From positions 6,324,001-6,388,000 of the forward strand of contig NC_134031.1 in NCBI RefSeq assembly GCF_964204645.1: a DNA stretch of 64,000 nt. The letters are read 5' to 3'. This DNA comes from Tubulanus polymorphus (lineage: Eukaryota > Animalia > Nemertea). The notes beneath the pieces were generated by a model, which saw only the letters and a program-made list of their open reading frames with translations, made no database searches and was not told the DNA's origin. Each line of letters starts with the position of its first letter. Position 1 is the first letter of the stretch. Below, piece by piece: positions 1 to 12,200 of the stretch. The position numbers and the translations under genes are program-made.

Positions 1-3000
1 CAGCGCTTTTGGAGGTGCATCAATCAGGAGAGGAGGTTTCAACGTCAGCCGATCTTACAACTCATCAATGGGACAAAGCTATCCACGAAGCAGTCATCAC
101 CGGAGGTGATGGAAACCGCAAAGGATTGATTAACTTATTCAAAGCGTCCGACCCGAGCTCTAAAAAGGGTATTAAAGAACTTTTTAAGAATTCAGTGTGA
201 ATACATTGGAATCTCCGTAGGCTCAGTTACTTCTGGACTATTGAATCAGCAAATGCCTTCTGGGTGCTTGTGTATCTAAATATCTTCCAGTTGGAGATAC
301 AATTTACTATGGTGGCTGATTTTGGCCATACTAAAAAACTTTCTGTATGGCTAGAGGAACGAAAAAAAACATTTTCACATTGGCAGTTATTTGGTTTTCT
401 CGCGCGAGAATTGAAAACTCTTGGTTTTCTCGCGCGAACATTTTGGTTTTCTCAAGTTTGGTTTTTTTTTCGCGCGAGAATGTGTGTGCAATTGGTTTTC
501 TCGCGCGAGAATTCAAAAGTCTTGAGTTCTCGTGCGAGAAAGCCAAAAAACGGGCCAATGTGAAAAAGTTCTTATCGTAGCTCTAGCCCTACAGAAAATA
601 TTTGACTATGGCTCGAATCAGCCACCATATTGTACGGCATTTTACAATCAAAGTTTTTATGTTTATAGAATGCAATAAAATCTCTAGGCCTATCACCGGA
701 ACAGGCTTATATTTACAATGAGGAAGCAACACACAATTAGTGCGTGTGTTCTGATTTATGCATCTTAATATTCCAGGAAAGCGAATACAAATGTTTAAAC
801 TTCTGTTCCTGACAATGATACCGATATTTACACTATGCGTGCTGACAATTCTGGACATGGCTGTCATAAATAGAAACAACATCATAAAAGGGTATGTTTT
901 GTGTGCGTAGACGTTTCAGTGTTCTAATTTCAATCCTTATTCTGATAGAACAGAATATATACGATATGCACATTTTTCTCCAGTCAAGGTAATTTAGGAT
1001 TTTTTGTAAGTGATAATTGTTTGTTAGCCCGTTTTCTTCATTGGTTCCATCCTGAATACCTAATCAGAAATCCAGAAAAAATCTAAAATTTCCTTTTCAT
1101 GTACATGTTAATATCTATATTCATATTCATTTGTTTCTCAGCATGATACGGGACGTGATCAAATTTAGTACCGAAGCTGGTACGCTGGTTCACCAATTGC
1201 AAAAAGAACGGGATATGACGACACTCCATCTGAGCACGCTGGGCTCAGAAACGCGTATGTTTCTGAAAGAAGTTTACCCGCAGGTCGACATGGCCGTCAG
1301 CAAAATGTCTAAATGGCAAGGTAACACGAAGAAGGACGGCGCGCATTTCCGAACTAAGTTCGAGTTCCAGCAGCTGCTCATGGAGCACAGACTACGGCTG
1401 AAACCAGAAAATACGAACGTCTACAAAGAAATTGATTTCTACACGCGAACGATCGCCGTGTTCATCGACTGGATGTACGACGCCATTCAAGAATCACGTG
1501 ACGGGGACGTATGGCGCACCCTGGTGGCGTACCAATTACTGGTAATGGCAAAGGAAGACCTAGGAATCGAAAGAACCTTAGGTGGATTGTACTACAGCAA
1601 AGGGCGTTTTTCAAGTTATAAAGATTATCTCTGGTGGCTGGAAAGACATCATGCTGGTACGTAGGCCAATCTCCTTCCCTAAGAATATTCATTGCCAGGA
1701 ATGCAGTACCCTCCATCTAAAAAGTTTATAAATGCTTTTTGGACTAATTCAGTAACCGATGATTTTGACGTTCCTTTCTCTTGATCAGGTATTGGTAATT
1801 TGGAAACCGCTATTCAGTTCAGCGGTTTCGTCGCTAAAATCATGGAGGAGGAAAAGAATTCACACCGCAAGAATTTCACTTTGTCCATTACGAGCATGCG
1901 AGAAGAAATTAGTCGTAACGATTACATGTCGACAAACGCCTCCCTCGAAATGAGCACTTGGTGGTTTGATAACATGACCATCTACATGGATATGTATTTC
2001 AAAGTTCAAGTTAAACTGGCCGATTACATCATGGAGCGTCTCGGGGCCTCTATCCTCCGAGATGTCAAAGATATATCAGTCGGTATAGGGCTATTCATGA
2101 TAGTTTTAGTAATATGTCCGGTGATCATCGTATCGGTCAGGGCTATTATGAACGACGTTCAGCGCTACGCCTTCGCCCTGGTCGACCGCTCGCACGACTT
2201 AAACGTGGAGCGTCAGCGCACGAATCAGCTCTTGTACCAGTTGCTGCCGAAACCGGTGGCTGCCCAGCTAAAGCGCAATAAACACGTAGCCGCTGAAGTT
2301 TACGACGACGCCACCGTATTTTTTTCCGATATCGTAGGATTTACGAAAATCTGTTCTAATTGCAGCCCGATGCAGGTACCCTCTTCTATTGAGAGATAAC
2401 TACAATACGACGATTGATAAACCCATAAACGAAAATAATCTTAAACCAGCACTACCAATATTTGCATCTATCATCACTTAAATCTAGCGATAGAGTTCTT
2501 ACTTTCCGAAATATGTTTTCTCTAACTGCATTTTAAATTCTAATCAATTCTAGGTCATCGATATGTTAAACAACATATACAGCTTGTTCGATGGCCGCAT
2601 AGAACTCTACAACGTCTACAAGGTTGAAACAATCGGCGATGGATACATGGTCGTTTCTGGTAAGTTCGTGCGCCTATATTCATTAGTCCAAATTCGGTCA
2701 TGTACATGAACAATGAAGCGTGGCTGAGATAATGCGGTAAAAACTACAAAAATAACTATCAAAACCACCTCCTTTTTAAGATGAATTCGTAGTCTTAACG
2801 GCAGGAATAACTCGCGAGGACAAAATTTGCAATCTAATGGGGCATTCTGACATTGATCTCATTAAGCATGACATACGGAAATATTTCTCGAAACTTTATT
2901 TTCTCATTCCTGTTTACCTTTGATTGATAAGCCAACACGAGTGACTTGTGACTCTACGTCTTTAATAGATAAAATATCTTGTAACGATTTGCAAAATATT

Positions 3001-4298
3001 CAAAAATCTGGGTTTGTTACAACCGATATAGAATCGTAGCTTCATTTCAAACTCGTTTGTTAGTCGTCGCGCTGTTTTTGTTGTAGGTGTGCCCAAACGG
3101 AACGGCAATAAACACGTCTATGAAATCTGCATGATGTCGCTCGACCTGATGCACCACATTACTCATATAATCATTCCGCATCTGCCCGGATTGAAAATGA
3201 AACTACGAATCGGTGTCAACACAGGTAAAAAGTAGATATACCACGGTGAATAGTTCTGTCGTTTTATAGAATGTTAAAATAAACGCAGGGTTTTAGCGTA
3301 ACACATTATTTTCATTGAGTCGAGATGATACACAATATCCTCGTAAGATGAATAACGAGAGAAATCCCACATTAGGTTCAGCCAAAAAATGAAAAGTTCT
3401 ATAGTAAAATGGTTTATACTTCGAGCAAAGATATGACACGGCTGATGATGGCTAAAAGTACTTAGCCGTAACGTTACTCGAAATATATACCATTTTACTA
3501 TAGCAATTCTCATTTTTGGCTGAATTTATATAAAAGATATATAATAATATATAATACTGCGATTTCGTTGTTATAATTTTCGATGATAGGATCCTGTGTG
3601 GCGGGTGTCGTCGGATTCAAGATGCCCAGGTACTGCTTATTCGGGAACACGGTGACGACGGCTTCTATTCTGGAGCAAACAAGTTTGCGTAAGTTTATGT
3701 CACGTTATTCAAAATGAACTAGGTGGAACTTTAGGTCCGTGCATAAATATCCTTACCCTGAAATACTGGCTCTATTTCCACGTCAGATAAGAGAATATCT
3801 GGGAATCTAGGCTTCAACATAGATTCCTGAAAACTAGAATGTTTTTGATAGTTGAAATTTTGTCATGTGCACCACTACTGATTTTGATATCTTTTGAACA
3901 GCAAACAAAATTCAGATGAGTCGTTCTAGTAAATTGTTACTGGATAGTGTAGATGACGATTTCATCACCAATAAAAGAATGTCAGAAGAATCAGAGTTGA
4001 AGGTAAATTTTTCAGACGTATGTAATAAGTGTACAATAGCTGTGGTCTTTCAGAAAAACAGAAGATCTATTATCCTTCAAATTCGATTAAATTGCAGGAA
4101 CTCGGATGCACGGAAACATTTTGGCTGGACGGAAAGAAAGGATTCGAAGATAGGCTGCCGTGTTTCCCTGCGTGCCAAGTCGTATCTCCATTAATGCCGG
4201 GTGACCATTCTGCCAGTGCTCTCCCATCGTGGATTACGTCATCTCCCGTATCGATGGCGGAATCGTTTGTCACGCCGCTGAGAGGTTGGTATGCATGA
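1..4298 (+). CDS. NIT-domain transmembrane guanylyl cyclase (NIT-GC), multi-exon, 5' end outside the window or uncertain
   Basis: In-frame GT-AG exons at <1-168, 777-891, 1142-1656, 1789-2375, 2554-2659, 3087-3224, 3590-3688, 3902-4002 and 4098-4298. TM1 is [21 protein letters not shown]; NIT-like LVHQLQKER...[11 protein letters not shown]; TM2 is [22 protein letters not shown]; coiled coil [11 protein letters not shown]; cyclase motifs [24 protein letters not shown] and MPRYCLFG. Confidence 0.9.
305..633. mobile_element. MITE with TATGGTGGCTGATT terminal inverted repeats
   Basis: tactatggtggctgatt at 305 and aatcagccaccata at 616-629; internal repeats of ttctcgcgcgagaa. The same end sequence recurs near 13787-13803. 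Confidence 0.65.
3315..3527. mobile_element. Palindromic MITE family A (copy 1 of 3)
   Basis: Shares gagagaaatcccaca...ttcagcca / tggctgaat arms with 14644-14901 and 25943-26196. Confidence 0.65.
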
Positions 4299-5491
4299 TT
4301 TATAGAGGTGTAAAATTGTCGCGCATCAATCGCTTCTTCAGCGGTAAATACACCGTTTATCACACATCGGTCTTCACTTATATTTTTAGCGATCACTCCT
4401 CCAACGTAAGCGAAAACGGTCGAAGTTCCCCAGGTACGGTAGACTCGTTCGAATGCTCTCAAAACGAAATTCTCTTGACGTATATACTTATTATTTTCAA
4501 TTTGGAAGTTGGAAGTGTACATTACGAGGTGCATTTGGTATTGATGGTTTTTCTAGATTATTTACTGAAAGATACATTCACTATTCTCATTCTCTGTGTC
4601 CTAGATGATATGTTGATGGGATCAGCTATCTTGATTAAATTCCACTTTTTCTAAACTTTATAATCTCCGATTAGGATGAATAAAATCCAGTACGCGGTCC
4701 CAGTTTGCGTAAGCCGCGGGTGCAGAGTATCACCGTGAAATGGATCATATTATGTTCGGACTGATATCATTATTGGGATTAAATCTACTATTTATTTTTC
4801 AAGCAGGAACCAATTCTTTCGTGTCATCGGACGCAGCACAGAGGAGTTTCTTAAGTATGCAGGATGAATTGGACTCGGAAATAAAGCTACCCCGGACGGA
4901 CAGTCTTTGACGGTGTTAACGAAACGTTCCATGATCTATCTACGAAATAAAATGTAGTTCACACTTTCAATCACAATCATATACATCATAAAACATTAGT
5001 GTATATGTTAGATGTTGAAGGATGTAAATTTAAATACATGTATACGTTAGACACCAAGAACTAAAAGTATTATATGTATTTTGAAATGAATGTACACATT
5101 ATAGTTGCTATAGTTTATAGATGTTCATCAGAATATATAAGACGTGTATAACTCTGACATCTGAATTGTATTTCCGAATTTAATTCATCACGATGGCTAT
5201 CGCGTTCGAAATGTCCAAACGGAATAACAAAAGATTAGTTTCTTCCGATCCACCCATTCCCATTACCAAAACAGGAACTCGCAGTTTTGAGAAAAAAATG
5301 GGAACTAATGGAAAAAAGATACATCGTTTCTCATGGCCGTCCAGGTAGCTAAAATCCGTGAAACAAAAAACGGAGAAGAAAAATCAATTTGATAAAAAAT
5401 CCGGCCGAATCAGTTCCGTGACATTTTCATTATTTCTATAAAATACATAAACAGCCGGGTGGGTGTAGAAAAGTCTGGGTCATGTTTAGGG

Positions 5492-7846
5492 CTAAACGTT
5501 CTTTGTGAAAGTTGGTATCTTTTCTAGTGGTACAGGGTAGTGCTTTAACCATTTCGGTCCCACGTGAACGTCTGAAGTTGTGTCGTCTGTCCAGCTTCCT
5601 GACGGTACATAAATATCTCGCATTGTTGCATCCTTGTCCAGAATTGGTGCTACGAGAATTTCGTCGCCAACGACAAATTGCGAGTCTATCGTGTGACAGA
5701 CAGAATCAGTCGGATCAATCCACCACAAAGGTCGTAGAATAGGGCTTCCTGTAATAAAGATACATATATTTGCTCAAAGCTCACAACATCATCATCAATA
5801 ATTTGGCCATAGTGCGAATTTTGTGACCATTTCCTTCATCGACAACCGATGAATAGATCTAAATCTTTAATGCGCTCTACAGTAGACTATGCACAAGTCG
5901 GATCTAGTTGGATTGTAAAAATGTGTCCGACTTGAGTGATATCCGAGTTGGATGTTATGCATTTCATACTGTCACAGAAATACAGTAGAACCCGCTTGGT
6001 TCGGATCATTTGGGACCAACGAAATTAATCCACTTTACGGGAACTCCGAATTAAAATTTATTTTCCTATGATTTTAATGAACAAATGGACAGCAAAAATT
6101 AGGCTGATCGGGATTATGCGGATTTGACTTATTTCAAATAACATCCGAGTTGATCCGATCCGACTTGGACAGAGTCCGCTGTACAAGGAACCCTTGTATT
6201 GTGTAAAAAGTGCATGTTCATTTGGCTTAATTCTTACCATCGACAGCAGTCGTCTGGGCGGCTCTGACTATAGCTGGGTAGACAATCTGGTCGTGGATCT
6301 CCACCAGATGTTTACATACAGCGACGACCTGATGGTCGTATTGCCAGGGCGCGATGGAGAACTGCATTGCCGGAAAATACGCCGTAACCTGGGCCCATCG
6401 AACGAATAATTCTCTATCGGGTATTTTCCCCACATCGGACCCGTTGTAAGCATTGCCACCTATCATATCCGGTAGCACAAATGGATATCCAAGCAGTCCG
6501 AAGAGTAACGCTTTCGGGATAAGCGATCTTAAACCGTTGTCGTACCCCCACTTGGAATCCAAGTCCATGATTCTCACGAATAAACCGTGACGTTGCGTCC
6601 GGTAGCCGCTCCGTACCTCGACCAAATTACCAAATATGGACGCCATGTCAACGAACAGTGTAGTATAGTTTGAAATATCATCCTTAATTTCGTCCGTAGA
6701 GCTAAATTTTGGAAGGATCGGTAAAAAGTTCGCTTCTCCGGCATCGAACTTAAACGAATCGATTTTATACTGCTTTTGAAATGCAGTCAACCGCGAGACG
6801 AACCAGTCGAACGCAGCGGGGTTGGTGACGTCCAATATGGCCGCGTTTTCCCCTTGCCACCAAGCCACGTGACCGGGATTATCGCCCATTTCATTCTGAA
6901 CCCAAAACCGATGACGACGACCATCGTCGTACGCGGCGGAATCACAATTAGCAAATGGATGTACCCAAACTGTAACGAGGAATCCATTTTCGTGGAGCTT
7001 CTCGACCATACCGGATGCATCTGGAAATTTTGCCGCGTCGAAGTCGAATTCACCATATTCACTAGAGTATTTATCATCAATTTCTAACTGACTGAAGAGG
7101 AAGTTGTGTTCGAGTATTTCGAGCGAGAATTGTAGTACTTTTTCCTGATCGATATCCGCTTTAAAGCGAGCCCAGGTCGACCAAATAGGCCGCCGAATCA
7201 TAGACGTATGGGGAATACTTTTTGGCCATCCGAGGAACCTTTTCTGCGCAAACTGATGAACGCTTTTGATACTATTTCCGATTAATATCGTGTAAGACAG
7301 ATGTAATGGTTCTGAAACGTGTTCGTATCGTTCCTTATTGTCGGCTCGGAGACGGAGCCGACCATCTCGATTCTGATTTAAACTTACATAAAGCGGCACG
7401 CCGGGGTCAACTACGACGGCAAACCCGCTAGTCGAGACCCAATAACGTTCCTGTACCGATCCATGCCCGGGTACGAAGTTGAACGGATCTTTCGTTATAT
7501 ACGCGCTCATACCGTGCATCTGTTCGTTGATCGGCCAACGTTGCTCGTAGATCTCAGCACCTCCAAACCAAAACGCGTCGTCCAGCACGATGGCATCTTC
7601 TAGTGGAAGGTTCGGGCGCGTGGCTTCCCGACGGATTTGTATCCGACATGGATCACCACCTCGAACATGATCTTCCGTTATTTGTAGTGTAGCGTCGTCA
7701 GAGACGTACCGATGCGTGTTGGCATTACCCCGGTCCTCGGTCTTAGATCTTGTAAACGATCCACCTAGTGATTCTATTTTCAGTATTTGCCTCTCGCCTC
7801 TGCGGATCGTCAACTCATTATTAACTACTTCGAATTCTACAACCAT
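5492..7846 (-). CDS. Glycoside hydrolase family 31, MYORG/tobi-like alpha-glycosidase
   Basis: Exons 7846-6238 and 5748-5492 join in frame (GAT G|GA AGC CCT ATT CTA CGA). Motifs PIWSTWARF, LEIDD, SFKFDAGE (nucleophile), VRIMDLDS (acid/base), LPDMIGGN and SPILRPLWW. Start codon uncertain. Confidence 0.92.
5878..6183. mobile_element. Tc1/mariner/pogo-type MITE remnant(s) in the GH31 intron
   Basis: TA|CAGTAGAC... and ...GTCCGCTG|TA ends, with a second TACAGTAGAAC end at 5981. Related ends at 25242, 34921-35100 and about 44549. Confidence 0.5.
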
Positions 7847-8172
7847 TGCACTGTCTAATGGATACGCACCAATAAATGAACGTAATATCAAGTAAACCTG
7901 CGTATACTTACAGATACATTTTTCAACAAAATTTTTTGTATGTACGGATATACTGCTGCTACACTACGGCTGTTGTACAAAGCGCAGTGCGAGCCCGATC
8001 GATAAACCCGCTACCCGTACTCGATATACGGCGATAACGGTTGTCAGAATGTGTAGACTGGTTGTCGGTCTCTATTTTCGAATGCAGGTGGCCTATGTGC
8101 AGGTGGGAAGTGTTCACCAGATGGCGCGAACGATAGTCATCTGAAATAATCTAATGGAAAAAATCTAATCTA

Positions 8173-8584
8173 ATGAAATTTTCAAACCTTCATTTAGACA
8201 GAGCTGATAGAATATGCCCCACTTGTAATACTTTAGGTGATCAAGCCCATTTTCTGTTTGACTGTACCTTACTTAACGAACCCCGCAAAAACTATTTGAA
8301 TTTGAATACCTTTAATACCCTTGATATTCTGAAAAACCCAACGGTCCAATTAGCTAAATTCATTAAGACCGGCTTAGATGTATATAGATCCCTCCAATAG
8401 TATATGTAGTACAGTAAGTAGTTGATGTATATATATTTTGTTACGTTTTCATTCTCTAAATTTTAATCACTCCAGTGTTGTTTTGTAAATACATGTATTT
8501 GTATATACATGTGTAATAGTTATCCTCCATATACCATGGAAATGGTTGGAGTGTAAATAAAATCGTAATCGTAATCGTAATCGT
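8173..8584 (+). mobile_element. 3' fragment of a CR1/L2-type non-LTR retrotransposon
   Basis: RICPTCNTLGDQAHFLFDCTLLNEPR resembles the C-terminal CCHC zinc-binding region of LINE ORF2. It is followed by AATAAA and an (AATCGT)n tail at about 8556-8584. Confidence 0.7.
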
Positions 8585-9287
8585 TTGGTACGAATCCAAA
8601 TACATGTAAGCGTTAAGTCCTACTCATTCTAAATCCTCCTCAAAAAGATGGAAATAAACGCATGAATTCAAAAAATTATTTTCAAATTTATTTCATACAA
8701 TTTGGCGTAGGGTACGAAAGACGTACCAACATGATAAGCGTGTATAAGTATTTAAACGAATTGATGTATCACCTCCTCATCAAAATCCTCCTAAATATGG
8801 CAATAAACGCATTAATTTAGAAAAAATAGGTTTTTATTTATATGAAAACTAGAAAAACTTGGCGTACCTATACACGCTAGTATGTAGAGTAGCCTATAAA
8901 CGAATCTATGTTTAAGTAAAAAAAGTTGATGGCCCCTTATTTTACCGGTTGTTATGAAGCCTACATTAATTTATTACAAATCTACATTGTCTACACTGCG
9001 TATTTCACGCTCTATAAGCATCTAAAAGATCTCATTTCTTTCTTTATTTCTATTTCAACAATATCACTCTTCATCATTGAACAATTCGTCCGGTATATAT
9101 CATTTGGACGGAGGTTAACTACAAATCAAAGTATATATAATTGAAGTTTCGTCGATTATCTTATAGGATACCAATCAATGTCTTCGTGCTGATTTTAGGA
9201 GATAACCCGAATTCATATTCGTTCCAGCTTTCGAACAAGATTTCCAAATAAGACTAGAGATCAATATCATCGGCGTGAGTCCACGGT

Positions 9288-12200
9288 TCAGAAAACTAAG
9301 CAGAAAAGCGATATGATCAAACCGAATGTCACACTAAAAGACGTCGTTGGACCCAGCGAAAGTGGAGAGAACGCTGCGTTTGATCCTGAAACATAACAAA
9401 TTCGTAAATGAATTCAATTTGCCAACGTCGTATTGATAATCTTTGTAAACAAGTAGACAACGCATGACGGGTGACGTATCATTTCCTCAAAAATGCATAT
9501 TTTCAATCCATTTTCAAAGCCAAAACTCTCAGAATCTTAACAAAGTTATGAAAACCATTGAATTAGTCCAGGTGGGTCGGTTGCATAGTCATAAAGCTTA
9601 GACTTAAGACCAGTATAAGACCAACTAAGTTCTATAGCCAATCTAAAAACTTAAAACCACTTTTAAACCCACTTTTGGACTTAAATCACGACTATGCAAC
9701 TGGCCCTTGTCAGGAGTCATTATTGGTTCTATCGTAGATCTAGCAGGAACGAAACATTTACTAAATCATAGCATTTCACTTAGACTACTTTCTTCGAATG
9801 GTATATATTGTTATAATGAGACTGCGGATGAACTATGAACAAACCTTTTAACAGTTTTTCAGCGGTGTTGGATGTCGGCCGTACGTCGACTTCTCCCTTC
9901 GGCGAAATACCAGGGGCGGTCTGCTGATCCTTTTCATCATTCCTAACAACTATGCTGGCGATGCCTTCCGAGTTAACTTGTATCGCGCCCGATATCGAAT
10001 GGAAGACGATTCTACCGACATTGTCGACGACATTACCGACGGACCGTTTGCGTCGCACTCCGCACGTGCGATCGCATTGGGGCGTTTTCTCGTCGCTTTT
10101 GCACACGTACGAGTCGCAGTGGATGTACACGTAATCGTAATTACCCCAGAACTTAAACGTCTGAAATCTGAACGCGTAAACCGTGTCGTTCACGGGCATG
10201 TACGTCAGCTTATCGTACGACTTGCACCTGCAACGCAAAAAGATACAAAAGATGCAGTTTTAAACCGGGACATGAGATGAATAAGCTATAAGGTAAAGAG
10301 TATTGAAATTCTCTCTTTTTGGATGATCATCTGAAGAAATTACTTTTAGCCTTTTTGTGAGCGAGTTGTAAAATGTGAATAGGGTAAGCTATTTTGGAGA
10401 GGGAATGTTTGATGTGCTTGATTTCGGATTCTAGATATTGAGGGTGACATATCTTGTTAGCTCTGAGGAAGAGATTCACAGTATTATGGATAAGTATAAG
10501 GTATAAGGCAGTTGAACAAGGACGGTTGAACAAGCACAGCTCAAATCCGTAGACAAATTTAACATCTAAAATAAGAAGATTAGATTTGAATCTTTATTGG
10601 TCAGGGTCTTTAGGGCAAGAAATCTTTCAGTATGCCTTCATCCCCAATTATTTTGAAAACAAATTCTACCTTTCAAGTAGACTATATTATTTACTTTGGC
10701 TATCTCATACGAATATTGAAAACACGTGCGCTTACTTGTACTGAATCAGATCAAATCTTGGCGCCTTATTCGGGTCCGGAGTCGTCGTGGCGAAACATTT
10801 AGGAACGATCAATTTAAGCTTTTTATCGGCTGCACTTAAGTGCAATCCAACCGACAACCAATTTCCGAGCTTAATCTTCACGGGAAACTGCGTAAAAACC
10901 GCCGATAAGTTATGTTCAAACAGGAATATCGACACGACATATTTGTGAGCGGCTTCGATCGGGCCAACGTTTCTGGGATCCGGGTTGACCTCGGATGCCG
11001 TGTTGTTGTACTCGCGAGGGAATGCGCACGTAGCGGTGATGTCCCACTGCGGCTGTAGCGTAATACCGTTCCGTGGAGGAATGTCCTGTACGATGACGTT
11101 TCTGTATAGAATGTGCGTTGTGTTCGTCTGGAAAGTAAAACAGTTTTTTACAGTCTTTTTTCTGTGACGATCGACGTCTTATCCCGTCTTTAATAGCCGA
11201 TGTATGAGAAAGAATTGCTCGAAAAAAAACCAAAAGCGTTATAGATCAAAAAAGATCATGTAATATATGGATAACTTTTTCTTCTATTCCATAACATACT
11301 CGTCGTCTGGTACGAATATGTGAAAAATACGCAAAATCGGACAATGCGACTTCTACGAACTCGGCGGAAATGTCATCAATAATCAAAAGTGCAATTGTTG
11401 CCATGATAATGTAAGTCTGATTCATACACCCCAGAACGTACTCTACCCCATGTAAAAATTTCAGCCATATATCATTTCTGGTAAACGAAATGGCATTTTA
11501 AGAGCCCTTCAAGTTTACATGTTTACGCGTATACAGCAGTACATTGATATTCGTTTACAATTTGCATATTTTTGTCTATGGCCTATATATAGTCGCTTTG
11601 TGTAGTTTCTTCGCAAAATTCGTGATAGAATGTTACAGCAATATTGTTCCTGGAAAATGCCACTGGCTTGTCAATGCTTTCATATCACGAATCGCCCACT
11701 GAACTTACCAGTCGCACCGTATCACAGCTAGTAATGGGCACGTAAGCAGTGACTAGTTGACTCGTTTGGTTACTAATGAATCCGCAATTCGTTGTAACGG
11801 TTTTATTGGTCAATCTGACGTGAGAAGCGTCGATTCCCGGGTCGTGCGTGCGATTGAACTCGACGATGATCAATTGGTCGGTACATCTGATGTTCGGTTG
11901 CGGCACTGAAAGAACAATGAGTATTCAAAAAAGGATCGCATACTAGAACATCAAGGAGTCCGAGACTTTTGGAGGGGCCCGTCCCAAAGAAGATAGTCAC
12001 GATAACAAAACACTACTGATACTCTAAGGAAGCTACAAGTTGTCTGTGAAACAGCCTAAATTCCTGAACCAGCCCCCTGTCGCCTGTAGTTCCGTGTGAC
12101 ATTAGATTCGATGAATTTCTACTTACGCGGTGGAGGAGTTGGATCCAGTGGGCTACATATAACACCGGCATCTTCAATGTGGTTCGGATTACAGTTGCTG

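Noticed and set aside
264-580. Three overlapping ORFs in the first cyclase intron
   Set aside because: Produced by the internal repeats of a MITE.
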